Below, piece after piece: positions 10,166 to 18,841 of a DNA stretch of 64,000 nt. The notes under the pieces were generated by a model. It ran no database searches and was not told the origin of the DNA. It saw nothing but the letters and a program-made list of their open reading frames with translations. The translations under genes and the position numbers were made by a program. This stretch comes from an uncultured candidate division Zixibacteria bacterium. GTDB taxonomy: Bacteria; Zixibacteria; MSB-5A5; GN15; FEB-12. Location: NCBI GenBank assembly GCA_963735035.1, contig CAVTJJ010000006.1, positions 320,001 through 384,000 of the forward strand. Direction: 5' to 3'. Within the stretch, counting starts at the first letter, position 1. The number at the start of each line of letters is the position of its first letter.

Positions 10166-11410
10166 ATGGCAAAATACAAACATATCGTCGTCCCTGCGAA
10201 CGGCCAGCCGATAACCCTGAAGAACAAGAAGCTGGCAATCCCGGACAATCCCATTATCCCGTTTATCGAAGGTGACGGTATCGGCCGCGACATCACCAAG
10301 GCCATGATTCGTGTGGTTGATGGTGCAGTCCAAAAGGCCTACGGCGGCAAGAAGAAGATCGCCTGGATGGAAGTTTACGCCGGTGAAAAAGCCAACGACC
10401 TCTACGCCGAATGGCTGCCGAAAGAAACCACCGACGCCATCAAGAAGTATTACGTGGCCATCAAGGGCCCGCTCACCACGCCGATTGGCGGCGGTATTCG
10501 CTCCCTGAACGTAGCAATGCGCCAAATCATGAACCTGTACGCCTGCGTACGTCCGGTTCGCTGGTTCCGCGGGGTCGGTTCGCCGGTGACTCATCCCGAG
10601 AAGCTGAATATCATCATCTTCCGTGAGAACACCGAAGACGTCTATGCCGGCATCGAATGGCCCAAGGGAAGCAAGGACGCCAAGAAGGTCATCGCCTTCC
10701 TGAACAAGACGATGAAGACCAACATCCGTTTGGATTCCGGTATAGGAATCAAGCCGATTTCGGTCACCGGCACCAAGCGGCTGGTCCGCAAGGCGATCCA
10801 GTATGCCATCGACCACAACAAAGCGTCGGTCACGATCGTGCACAAAGGCAACATCATGAAGTACACCGAAGGTGCCTTCCGTGACTGGGGCTACAAGCTG
10901 GCCACGACCGAATTCCGCGACAAGATCGTCACCGAGGACGAACTCTGGTCGAAATACAACGGCAAAGCGCCGGCCGGGAAGGTGATCGTCAAGGATCGTA
11001 TAGCCGATTCGATGTTCCAGCAGGCGCTGCTTCGTCCGGACGAGTACGACGTGCTTGCGACGCCGAACTTGAACGGGGATTTCCTGTCGGATGCGACCGC
11101 CGCACAGGTGGGCGGACTCGGCATGGCGGCCGGCGCGAACATCGGCGACTTCGTGGCGCTCTTCGAGGCGACTCACGGCACCGCGCCGAAATACGCCGAC
11201 AAGGACGTTATCAATCCCGGCTCGTTGATTTTGTCGGCGGTGATGATGCTCGAGTACATGGGCTGGACCGAAGCTGCGAAGCTGGTTGACGCCGGTGTGC
11301 AGAAGACGATCGACAACAAGACGGTGACTTATGATTTGGAGCGGCAGATGACGGGTGCGACGAAAGTCGGCACGTCCGAATTCGCCACGCAGATCATCAA
11401 GAACATGTAG
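10166..11410 (+). CDS. icd: NADP-dependent isocitrate dehydrogenase
   Basis: [34 protein letters not shown] and [11 protein letters not shown]. Confidence 0.97.
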   Translation: MAKYKHIVVPANGQPITLKNKKLAIPDNPIIPFIEGDGIGRDITKAMIRVVDGAVQKAYGGKKKIAWMEVYAGEKANDLYAEWLPKETTDAIKKYYVAIKGPLTTPIGGGIRSLNVAMRQIMNLYACVRPVRWFRGVGSPVTHPEKLNIIIFRENTEDVYAGIEWPKGSKDAKKVIAFLNKTMKTNIRLDSGIGIKPISVTGTKRLVRKAIQYAIDHNKASVTIVHKGNIMKYTEGAFRDWGYKLATTEFRDKIVTEDELWSKYNGKAPAGKVIVKDRIADSMFQQALLRPDEYDVLATPNLNGDFLSDATAAQVGGLGMAAGANIGDFVALFEATHGTAPKYADKDVINPGSLILSAVMMLEYMGWTEAAKLVDAGVQKTIDNKTVTYDLERQMTGATKVGTSEFATQIIKNM

Positions 11411-11451
11411 TATAGGTGGCCCACCTTTCGGGTGGGGAATGTGGGCGGCAA

Positions 11452-11525
11452 AGCCTGCCCTCGACTTGAACGGGGGTCATCGTCTGCCTCCCAAACATGA
11501 TCGGCAGGGTTCCAACCCTGCCGAT
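11452..11525. repeat. REP-like palindromes downstream of icd
   Basis: cctgccctcgacttgaacggggg (also near 9981, and reversed at 13562 and 14974); tgatcggcagggttccaaccctgccg (also at 27651 and 29575). Confidence 0.75.
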
Positions 11526-11603
11526 TGTCTTAGTCGCTCAAGTTCCCCACAGCAGAGGAGCGGGCGACCGAGCTAACGCGAGTGGTGGGTCATCCGCAGT
11601 AAC

Positions 11604-12806
11604 TTAGATGAGTCCAGCAATGTCTTCCCAGGAGAGCTCTTGAATCCACTTCGGAATGATCAACATGCGATTCCCTTGAATCCAGGAGGGAGCCGCATCC
11701 CGAATCGCAGGTCGGGCGGATTGGAGCAACGAGTCTTTGTTTTTGTGGGCGACGATCAACCTGTTTCGCGGTGACTCCTGCATCCACAGGACGATTCTTG
11801 TGTTCACTGCTTTGTCCCCGAAACCGTAGCCGCACACAAACAGAGTTTCTGTCTGGCGTAATGCGGCATGGAATGCACAATGCAGATCTGAGTAGACGTT
11901 TCCCCAGTAATCCAGAATCTTGTTGAATGTGCCGATGAGGAGCATCGGTCTTCCCGGTTCCGGCCAACCTAGGTACCCGGTGTTGGTGGGAATGTGGTGG
12001 ATGTCGCCGCCGCCCCACTTGACTATACGGTTCTTGCCCGAATTGTTCGTCCGTATGCTAAACCAGTCCACAGACCCGTGCAGCTTTAGCAGTCGAGTCG
12101 TGGCTGAAGGGTTCCCGATCGCTTCGTATTGCCAATAGGAGATGCCTGAATCGTCCTTGACGAAGCCGTCCACGAATGGTATACCTTCCCGGTCGAGAAA
12201 ACTCTCCACTACAGTGTCGTGATTGAGGGTGACAAGGTCAACAGTTGCGAAAGTATCGCCCTTCAGCGGTTCAATCAGGAACGCGAGATGATCAACTGAA
12301 GCGTGTCTGTCAACGAGAAGGCGCCAGACCACATCAGCCAGATATTTGCTGGATTCTTCTATGATTCGCGCTTCGTTTAGCCAGCCTGGTTCGCCGTTAC
12401 TGCGTTTCTCAGTGTACGGTTCGAGCAAGGCGACAATCCTGTCGAAGGCGGGTTGGAGCGCGGGATTTTCATATTCTCCAGTGCGGTTGTCGTCTATCTG
12501 GGTGACGTAGTAGAAGAGATCTTCATATGTGGTCGGCCGGAACGCCAGATCATGGAATGAGCTGTCGATATCGTCCTTGACAGCGTTCAGCAGCGCGACC
12601 ACTCTCGGGACGTACTTATCGGGCAATCCGTGTTTTGCATGAGGATGCTCGCCAAAACGATAACTGTCGTCGGTCCATTTGTATACCGACTCACCTGACA
12701 ATACGCGCTCAGTGATTTCCTGTGTTGTCCGCATTCCGGCTGGTATCGACGCCCCGGCCCCCAGCAGGAACACTATCCTTCTCTGACTGGCCTTTTCAGT
12801 AGTCAT
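11604..12806 (-). CDS. SIR2-like (SIR2_2-type) domain protein, standalone
   Basis: LLGAGAS, TLNHD, LLKLHGSVDW and GYGFGD motifs; ATG 12806 preceded by GGGGG. Confidence 0.85.
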   Translation of the reverse strand: MTTEKASQRRIVFLLGAGASIPAGMRTTQEITERVLSGESVYKWTDDSYRFGEHPHAKHGLPDKYVPRVVALLNAVKDDIDSSFHDLAFRPTTYEDLFYYVTQIDDNRTGEYENPALQPAFDRIVALLEPYTEKRSNGEPGWLNEARIIEESSKYLADVVWRLLVDRHASVDHLAFLIEPLKGDTFATVDLVTLNHDTVVESFLDREGIPFVDGFVKDDSGISYWQYEAIGNPSATTRLLKLHGSVDWFSIRTNNSGKNRIVKWGGGDIHHIPTNTGYLGWPEPGRPMLLIGTFNKILDYWGNVYSDLHCAFHAALRQTETLFVCGYGFGDKAVNTRIVLWMQESPRNRLIVAHKNKDSLLQSARPAIRDAAPSWIQGNRMLIIPKWIQELSWEDIAGLI

Positions 12807-12940
12807 TGACCCCCCAGTTTCTCCGATGATTTTGGACTTAGAAGCATATCTGGGTATAACGCGCTCATTGCCAGCGCGCAATCACATTTTGCCCCCTCCA
12901 ACCCCAGCCTCTCATGTATGGCAACCCCTGCTGGCACTAC

Positions 12941-13390
12941 CTAATCCAGCTTGAACTCCACCTTGTAAACCACCCACACGCAGATCGGCTGGCCGTAGCG
13001 CATGGCCGGATTGAATCTACACTTCGGAGCGGCTGCCAAGGCAGCTTCTTCGAGCGACGGTGCCCCGCTGGATTTGTATATGATCGCATCAACCACGTCG
13101 CCATGCTGGCCGACCAACACCTTGACCCACACGAGACCTTCAAGCCCGGCCTGTTTGGCCTGCCGAGGATATACCGGTTCCTGGTAATAGATCATTTCCG
13201 GCATTTGCCCATCCTCGACAAACTCGTCGGACCCGGGACGCTGGACGGTGTCGCCAACTAAGCACGAGTCGGCTATGTTTTCGATTGTACTAACGGCGAT
13301 GTCTTTCACGGGGCGATTAGCTGAACACGCGTTAAGTAGCCAGAGCACAAACGCAGCGACTATCCCGATCACCATCCTATGTGTAGTCAT
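12941..13390 (-). CDS. Short TonB C-terminal domain protein, probable lipoprotein
   Basis: PVYPRQAKQAGLEGLVWVKVLV...VYKVEFKL; N-terminal hydrophobic stretch ending in LNAC. Confidence 0.85.
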   Translation of the reverse strand: MTTHRMVIGIVAAFVLWLLNACSANRPVKDIAVSTIENIADSCLVGDTVQRPGSDEFVEDGQMPEMIYYQEPVYPRQAKQAGLEGLVWVKVLVGQHGDVVDAIIYKSSGAPSLEEAALAAAPKCRFNPAMRYGQPICVWVVYKVEFKLD

Positions 13391-13547
13391 AAATTTGAAA
13401 CCTCCACCTGATTATAACGACTAACCTCGCCCCTGTCACCCATATTCTGGTCCGCAAACCACGGTCTTGCATGAACGGCGGTGCCGTGCGATATTATCCC
13501 CAGGTCACGGATTTTAGGAAATCGATTCGGTCGAGTAGTCGTATATG

Positions 13548-13802
13548 TCGGCATATGTGGGCCCCCGATCAGGTCGAGGGCAGGCATCTGCCGGGCACGT
13601 TGCACGCGGGCCGAATAGTTGTAAATGTCGGCAGATGTGGGCATCTGCCGGGCACGCCTACGAGTAGGGCAAATTGCTAAATCGGCAGATGTGGACATCT
13701 GCCGGGCACGCTTGGATGTGGGTCCGCTGTGGCGGATCGGGCACGTTGTATGTCGGTCGAATAGGCTGTGAAATCGGCAGATGTGGGCATCTGCCGGGCA
13801 CG
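13548..13802. repeat. Tandem array of ~55-bp units built on the palindrome tcggcagatgtgg(g/a)catctgccgggcacg
   Basis: Copies at 13548 (with ~24-nt loop insert), 13628, 13682, 13714 (variant) and 13774; linkers resemble one another. Confidence 0.9.
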
Positions 13803-13961
13803 TCTACGAAGTCGGTCGAACAAAAATATGGCGCCGCCGGACAGGCTCTCTCAAGTCCGACGGCGCCTCCGAGTGGGTGATTCCGTGTGGTCGAGTCGAT
13901 CAGCCCTGTTGGGTGTGTGCTCTCCAGGCTACTGTATTCGACCGGCCCACGGGATCAACCC

Positions 13962-14648
13962 TTAGTGATGTCCCCCTCCATGTCCTCCGTTATGACCCCC
14001 ACCGTGATGACCCCCGTTATGATCTCCGTGATCATTGTCGTCATGATCCCCCGGAATTGTGTCGTGAGGAATCGTGTCCGGCCAGATGGTGTCATTGGGG
14101 ATAGTATCGTGTGGCACGGTGTCCGGCCAGATCGTGTCGTGAGGAATCGTATCCCCCGGCAGGGTGTCCGGCCAAATCGTGTCGATAATCACGGTATCCC
14201 ACGGTAGAGTATCCGGCCAGATCGTATCGTGAGGGACGGTATCAGGCCAGATGGTGTCATGAGGAATGGTGTCCGACGGCACCGTATCCCATCCCGGGAA
14301 TGTATCCCAGGGCAAGGTATCCCAGGGGAGGGAATCCGGCCAGGGGAAAGTGTCTCCGGGATGAGTGTCCCAGGGAATGGTGTCGGGGTAAATCGTGTCG
14401 CCCGGAATAGTGTCTCCGGGGATCGTATCTCCCGACACCGTATCTCCCGGCGGGGTGGTGTCGTGGGGGGGACAAGTGTCGCAAAGCACGGTGTCGTCAC
14501 CGGGCGACGGATTGCCGGTGTTTCTGTCTGCTACACGAGCTATAACCTTATCCGGACCGGTTGCATTAGATGTGCGGGAACACCCATACAACAGGACGGA
14601 GAGGCTTAGAAGTGCGAGAAGAAGCAGACAGACGATGGAACGTCTCAT
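13962..14648 (-). CDS. Lipoprotein with 29 tandem D(T/S)-X-X-X repeats and His/Gly-rich C-terminus
   Basis: RBS AAGGAGG; signal peptide with LYGC lipobox; DTIPH/DTIWP/DTIPG repeats with varied third codon positions. Confidence 0.85.
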   Translation of the reverse strand: MRRSIVCLLLLALLSLSVLLYGCSRTSNATGPDKVIARVADRNTGNPSPGDDTVLCDTCPPHDTTPPGDTVSGDTIPGDTIPGDTIYPDTIPWDTHPGDTFPWPDSLPWDTLPWDTFPGWDTVPSDTIPHDTIWPDTVPHDTIWPDTLPWDTVIIDTIWPDTLPGDTIPHDTIWPDTVPHDTIPNDTIWPDTIPHDTIPGDHDDNDHGDHNGGHHGGGHNGGHGGGHH

Positions 14649-14808
14649 GCAAACCTCCTTCAGCTAAACGTTACTGCGCCGCACCCGCTAAATCACAGCG
14701 CATTCAACTGTCGTTAGCTGTAGAAGTCTGTTTGACGCTCCTTAGAGGTTCAAAGTTGGTGTTTTCGATTGACTGCCGGAGGAACCCGCCCCGACCAGCC
14801 GCTTAGTT

Positions 14809-14836
14809 AATATATGAAAAATCCTCAGGCCGTCAA
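14809..14836 (-). promoter_or_regulatory. Putative sigma70 promoter of the repeat lipoprotein gene
   Basis: Minus strand TTGACG-N16-TATATT with an A-tract upstream. Confidence 0.5.
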
Positions 14837-14903
14837 TTTTTTTTCTTCGATGAAATGTTAAAACATTCGGCCACGCGGTTCCTGCTCACCTAGACTGCGA
14901 CAA

Positions 14904-15012
14904 TCGGCAGATGTGGACATCTGCCGGGCACTCTATAGGTCGGACGAATTGCCGACAACATCGACAGACGTGGCCCTCCGATCAGGTCGAGGGCAGGTAT
15001 CTGCCGGGCGCG
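14904..15012. repeat. Two further copies of the cggcagatgtggacatctgccgggcac palindrome
   Basis: Direct sequence match to the 13548-13802 units; the second copy carries the same loop insert. Confidence 0.85.
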
Positions 15013-15082
15013 TTCTTCTTTAGGACGTCATAGAATAGGCTCGTTCAACGATTTGACGAGTCAAGCCGGGGAGAAGGTGATA

Positions 15083-15850
15083 CTACTTGCAGCGTTCCGG
15101 CGAAAACAGTGCGGTCAGGTCCTGTTGAGGGATTGAATCTCTCAGTGCGACCGCCGTCGCATTGGTGCTGTCCACCGCCAGAACCCGGCGCAAGTACAGG
15201 TAGGCGGCCAATTCGTTGCCGTATTGATGATGTCCCTCGGCCAGTTCCAGATTCTGCCACTGTCGCATCCGTTCGGTCTGTCTTTCTTCGTCTGAGAGCC
15301 CCCCCGAGAGACGATTTTCCACCTGTGAAAGACATTGTGAAATCTGGCCCTGAACGAAAGTGTTATCCCGTGACGGGCAGTAGATTTTCTCGAAATACAG
15401 CAAGGCATCGCAGCACTGCCGGTTGTCCATGGCGGTGATTCCGCGAGAGAGTATGTCAGCTTCAGCCGGAGGCAAAGGTGTCAGGGACGCTCTGTCCTTT
15501 TTGAGCACCTGGAAATCGGATACCCGAACCACGAACTTGCAGGTGGCGTCACAGGCGTTGACCGACTGTACAGTCAGGTCGGCAATCTCCACCTGGCCTT
15601 TGATCTTGTTCTTGCGCCAGACTACGCCGGTCATGCCTTCGGTCAGCCCACCGGTATACCCGGCGTTGACCACCAACTGCCCGGACAGACGTCCGGTCGC
15701 CGCATCCACGCCGCTTTCACGCACCATCAGGATGCGAAAGTCTTCCCCCTTCGCTTCAATTGACAACAACAGCAACGGTGCGGCCAGTAATAGGCCGCCA
15801 ATAAAACCGATATGCCTGGACAGCACCGCTGATAGATTCTGACGAGCCAT
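15083..15850 (-). CDS. Hypothetical exported protein with TPR-like C-terminal helices
   Basis: 255-aa ORF; RBS GGAGG; signal-peptide-like N-terminus; YLRRVLAVDSTNATA TPR-like end. Confidence 0.6.
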   Translation of the reverse strand: MARQNLSAVLSRHIGFIGGLLLAAPLLLLSIEAKGEDFRILMVRESGVDAATGRLSGQLVVNAGYTGGLTEGMTGVVWRKNKIKGQVEIADLTVQSVNACDATCKFVVRVSDFQVLKKDRASLTPLPPAEADILSRGITAMDNRQCCDALLYFEKIYCPSRDNTFVQGQISQCLSQVENRLSGGLSDEERQTERMRQWQNLELAEGHHQYGNELAAYLYLRRVLAVDSTNATAVALRDSIPQQDLTALFSPERCK

Positions 15851-15955
15851 CTCGGTACCTCCGGGACCTCTGTCCCTCTTCGTGCCTCTGATATCAATAT
15901 AGACCAGAAGCGCAAGGATGCAACAATAACATCGAGGATGTGGGGGGATGAGGAA

Positions 15956-16164
15956 GTAGGTCGAAACCAGTCCGCCTCGGGCGGTTTCGACTTATCTTGC
16001 AGCCTGTAGGTCAGGCCTACTCGGGGCCTGACATCGTCTGTGCGTCAGGCGTCAAGTCCGCCTGACCTACAATCTTCAATTCTTCGTAGGGCAGAACCCT
16101 CGCCGCTTCGGCGAGCGGTTCTGCCAACTAGAAGAAGGCAGAACCACAAGGGGTTCTGCCTTAC
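15956..16164. repeat. GTAG-type REP doublets in inverted orientation
   Basis: gtaggtcgaaacc..ggtttcgac, gtaggtcaggc..gcctgac, gtcaggcg..cctgacctac, and gtagggcagaacc..ggttctgcc paired with ggcagaacc..ggttctgccttac. Confidence 0.8.
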
Positions 16165-16195
16165 AATTTCTGTGAAGAAATGTGTCCGAAAAGGA

Positions 16196-16630
16196 TCAGG
16201 TGCCGGAAGTGACTCTCTTGTCCTTGCTGATGTCCTGAAATTCGCCACCCTCACCCTGATACTTCGACGGGCATTTTACCAACATTTGACTGGCCACAAA
16301 CATGCCAGTCGAGTCCGGCTTCCCTTTGAGAACTACCGAGGTAGCCTGGTCGAAATTACCCGGCACGATGCCGTAGTAGACAACATCCAGGCGTTTCGCT
16401 CCAGTCGGTTGGGCGGCCTCAGGATCGTAGATGGAGAATTCCAGCCGCTGACGGCCCTGGTCGTACTTGACCACATCGAAATCGATCTTACCCATCACCT
16501 GTACCGTGCGGGTGGTCTTTTCAGCCGTCTCGAACGAGACATACTGTACCGTCGTTTGCATAAAGGAACTTGCGCCCCAGGCAACGAACGCGACTATAAT
16601 AATTCCACCGATGATATATTTGGCTGTCAT
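16196..16630 (-). CDS. ccmE: Cytochrome c maturation heme chaperone CcmE (CxxxY variant)
   Basis: N-terminal TM, V-Y-Y-G-I-V-P-G-N-F and KCPSKY; adjacent to ccmAB. Confidence 0.9.
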   Translation of the reverse strand: MTAKYIIGGIIIVAFVAWGASSFMQTTVQYVSFETAEKTTRTVQVMGKIDFDVVKYDQGRQRLEFSIYDPEAAQPTGAKRLDVVYYGIVPGNFDQATSVVLKGKPDSTGMFVASQMLVKCPSKYQGEGGEFQDISKDKRVTSGT

Positions 16631-16715
16631 GCTCAATCCATTTCTAAGTTTTCGCTACGAATGGCAGGTCACTTCATTTCAACGGGCTATCTGCCGCTTT
16701 CGTTCCAGAACTTTT

Positions 16716-17393
16716 CTATTCCTTCCAAACGAACTTGAAGAGTAATATCGAAGCGGTTACCATCACTACAGTGTAAGCGATTAGCCCCTGCACCGGAGCC
16801 AGAATGCTGGTTCCCTGGTCGGCCAAAAGGACCGCGTCGGAAGCCTTCACCAAGAGCATCAAGGGGAGGAGCAGAATAGGAAAGCTCAACACTGCAAACA
16901 GGGCCCCTTTGACCGCCGCCTTGGAGATAATCGCGGCTACTAAAGTAGTCGCAGCGCAGAGGGCGAGAATACCGAGAATCGCCACCCAGCAGAATTGCAG
17001 GACATTGCCCGTGGGAGCGTCGGTGAACATGAAGAACAACGGGGTGATAATTCCGGTCATGGTTGACAGGAGCGCCAGATTGAAGAAGAGCTTGCCCAGA
17101 TAGACCGCGTTCGGTTCGGCCGAAAGGCGAAGAGCCAGGGCCGTGCCGGCTTCCTCCTCACGAGTGAATACCTGCGCGAGCGCCGCGATGGCCGAAAAGA
17201 AAACCACGATCCAGTACAGCGCCGCCAACAAAAGAGTCGGCAGGCCGCTTTGCCCGAGCGAGAATGAGACGACCGCCAGCGTGGTCACGCCGAACATCAT
17301 AATCGTGTTCAGCGCGTACTTTGTACGCAACTCCAGGCGGAGGTCCTTGGCGAAGACCGCAAACGCGCTGCTAACCAAGCCGGATGATTCCAT
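16716..17393 (-). CDS. ccmB: Heme exporter permease CcmB
   Basis: KDLRLELR, F-TREEEAGT, LGKL and FPILLPL; six TM segments. Confidence 0.9.
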   Translation of the reverse strand: MESSGLVSSAFAVFAKDLRLELRTKYALNTIMMFGVTTLAVVSFSLGQSGLPTLLLAALYWIVVFFSAIAALAQVFTREEEAGTALALRLSAEPNAVYLGKLFFNLALLSTMTGIITPLFFMFTDAPTGNVLQFCWVAILGILALCAATTLVAAIISKAAVKGALFAVLSFPILLLPLMLLVKASDAVLLADQGTSILAPVQGLIAYTVVMVTASILLFKFVWKE

Positions 17394-17985
17394 CTGCGAG
17401 GGAATACTCCTCTTCTTCGTTCGTGGCGATCACCACCACGGCCTGGGGACGTCGCTCGGCAATGATCCGCTGCACCACCTGCTTGCCCTCGGCGTCGAGG
17501 TTGGAGGTCGGTTCGTCGAGAAACAGGAAAGCCGGGTCTTTGAGTAGAGCGGCGGCGTATTTGAGGCGTTGCTTCATGCCGGAGGAATACGTTCCGACCC
17601 GATCAACCCCTCGACCTTCGAGACCAACCATGGTGAGAAGTTCATCAAGGCGTTTTCCGGTCAGGTTGAGACCCGCTAACGTCGCAAGAAAGATCAGATT
17701 CTCTTCGCCGGTCAGTTGGTCGTATAGATTCAAATAGGGGGAGACCAGCGAGGTCCGAAAGCGAATGGCCCGGTCGTCAAGCGGAGCACTCTCATGAGAA
17801 TAGCTGACGGCTCCCCGGGTCGGGTGGTAGAGGCCGAGCAGAAGCATCAGCAGGGTCGACTTGCCGGTCCCGTTTCGCCCGGTTATGGCGATCGATTGTC
17901 CAGTCCGCAATTCGAACGTTACCCCCGAAAACACCTTTCGGGAACCGAAATGCTTGCCAAGATTTTCGGCTTTGAGACTATACAT
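17371..17985 (-). CDS. ccmA: Heme exporter ABC ATPase CcmA
   Basis: GRNGTGKST, YSSGMKQR and LDEPT; overlaps ccmB. Confidence 0.88.
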   Translation of the reverse strand: MYSLKAENLGKHFGSRKVFSGVTFELRTGQSIAITGRNGTGKSTLLMLLLGLYHPTRGAVSYSHESAPLDDRAIRFRTSLVSPYLNLYDQLTGEENLIFLATLAGLNLTGKRLDELLTMVGLEGRGVDRVGTYSSGMKQRLKYAAALLKDPAFLFLDEPTSNLDAEGKQVVQRIIAERRPQAVVVIATNEEEEYSLADGIIRLG

Positions 17986-18065
17986 CGAGGAGAATTTGTC
18001 ACAGGACGGGACAAATTCCAATCAAAAAAGGTGGTGGATCTGAATTCAGACGCCGAGGCCGATTG

Positions 18066-18821
18066 TCACTGACCGGGCAGGCCGGCAGGCCGGTACCGGC
18101 GGAACACCGGCAGAGTGTAGTTGTATTCGCTCTTCCCTTTGATGAGAAAGGTCACCGATTCTTCGAAGTCTGTAGCTACGGCCTCGTCCTTGACCCGAAG
18201 CTTGCCTTCGATCGTTCTGCCGGCAGGGATAAGTGACGGCACTTTGACTTCAAAGCTTCGGAAGGTTGAGTCGATGACAATCAACTGAAGGTCTTCGCTG
18301 CTCTTGTTTTGCAGCGTGAATTTGTCCATGCGGCGGACCTTCTCGCTGTATTGAGATACGTCTACGACTTCTGGGAGCAGCACCACCGGCGAAGCATCTT
18401 CCGGTTTCATAATGACATCCGCCAGAATGCTCAGTTTGATAAGGTCGTTGGACGCGTTGGTCTGGATTTCCGGTTGTTTAACCACCGGACCCTGCATCCG
18501 TCCGGTCGAAAACCGGATTGGTACTCTCAGTGAATCGCCGGGCTTTACTATTGAATCGGTCAGCTCAACTTCGGTACAGCCGCAACCCGACCAGAGCATC
18601 GTGATCTTGAGAGGTACATCACCTACGGACTTAACGAAGAAGCTGGTGGTCACCATCTTGCTCTGCGTCACGCGGCCAAAATTAACGGTTGGATGGATAA
18701 TCTCCACCTGCGGGCCGGCGGCAACTGTTGCCGACAGGAATATCCCCGATAGCAAAGCGCAGGCTGAGATTGCGAGAAGGCTTCTACGGGCGGATCTGGA
18801 CGTTTCTGCCTTGTACATCAA
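18066..18821 (-). CDS. Exported DUF1573-like Ig-fold protein
   Basis: Signal peptide; NFGRV, G-DVPLKI and CGCT motifs. Confidence 0.75.
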   Translation of the reverse strand: MMYKAETSRSARRSLLAISACALLSGIFLSATVAAGPQVEIIHPTVNFGRVTQSKMVTTSFFVKSVGDVPLKITMLWSGCGCTEVELTDSIVKPGDSLRVPIRFSTGRMQGPVVKQPEIQTNASNDLIKLSILADVIMKPEDASPVVLLPEVVDVSQYSEKVRRMDKFTLQNKSSEDLQLIVIDSTFRSFEVKVPSLIPAGRTIEGKLRVKDEAVATDFEESVTFLIKGKSEYNYTLPVFRRYRPAGLPGQ

Positions 18822-18841
18822 TGAACCTTCCTAATAATTCC

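Noticed and set aside
11569..11610. attC-like site after the SIR2 gene (ATCTAAG...GCGTTAGC on the minus strand)
   Set aside because: Too short, with no L-box pairing, no second cassette site and no integron integrase.
13548..13802. Possible CRISPR array (29-bp palindromic repeats with 25-28-nt spacers)
   Set aside because: Spacers resemble each other (gtcggtcgaatag-like), repeats vary and carry inserts, the same palindrome is dispersed across the window, and there are no cas genes.
14650..14808. c-di-AMP riboswitch in the leader of the repeat lipoprotein (CAGCTAAC present)
   Set aside because: The other conserved blocks (GCTGAA..GGGGA.CC, GGGGYGAAT, CCCGAA) are not found in order.
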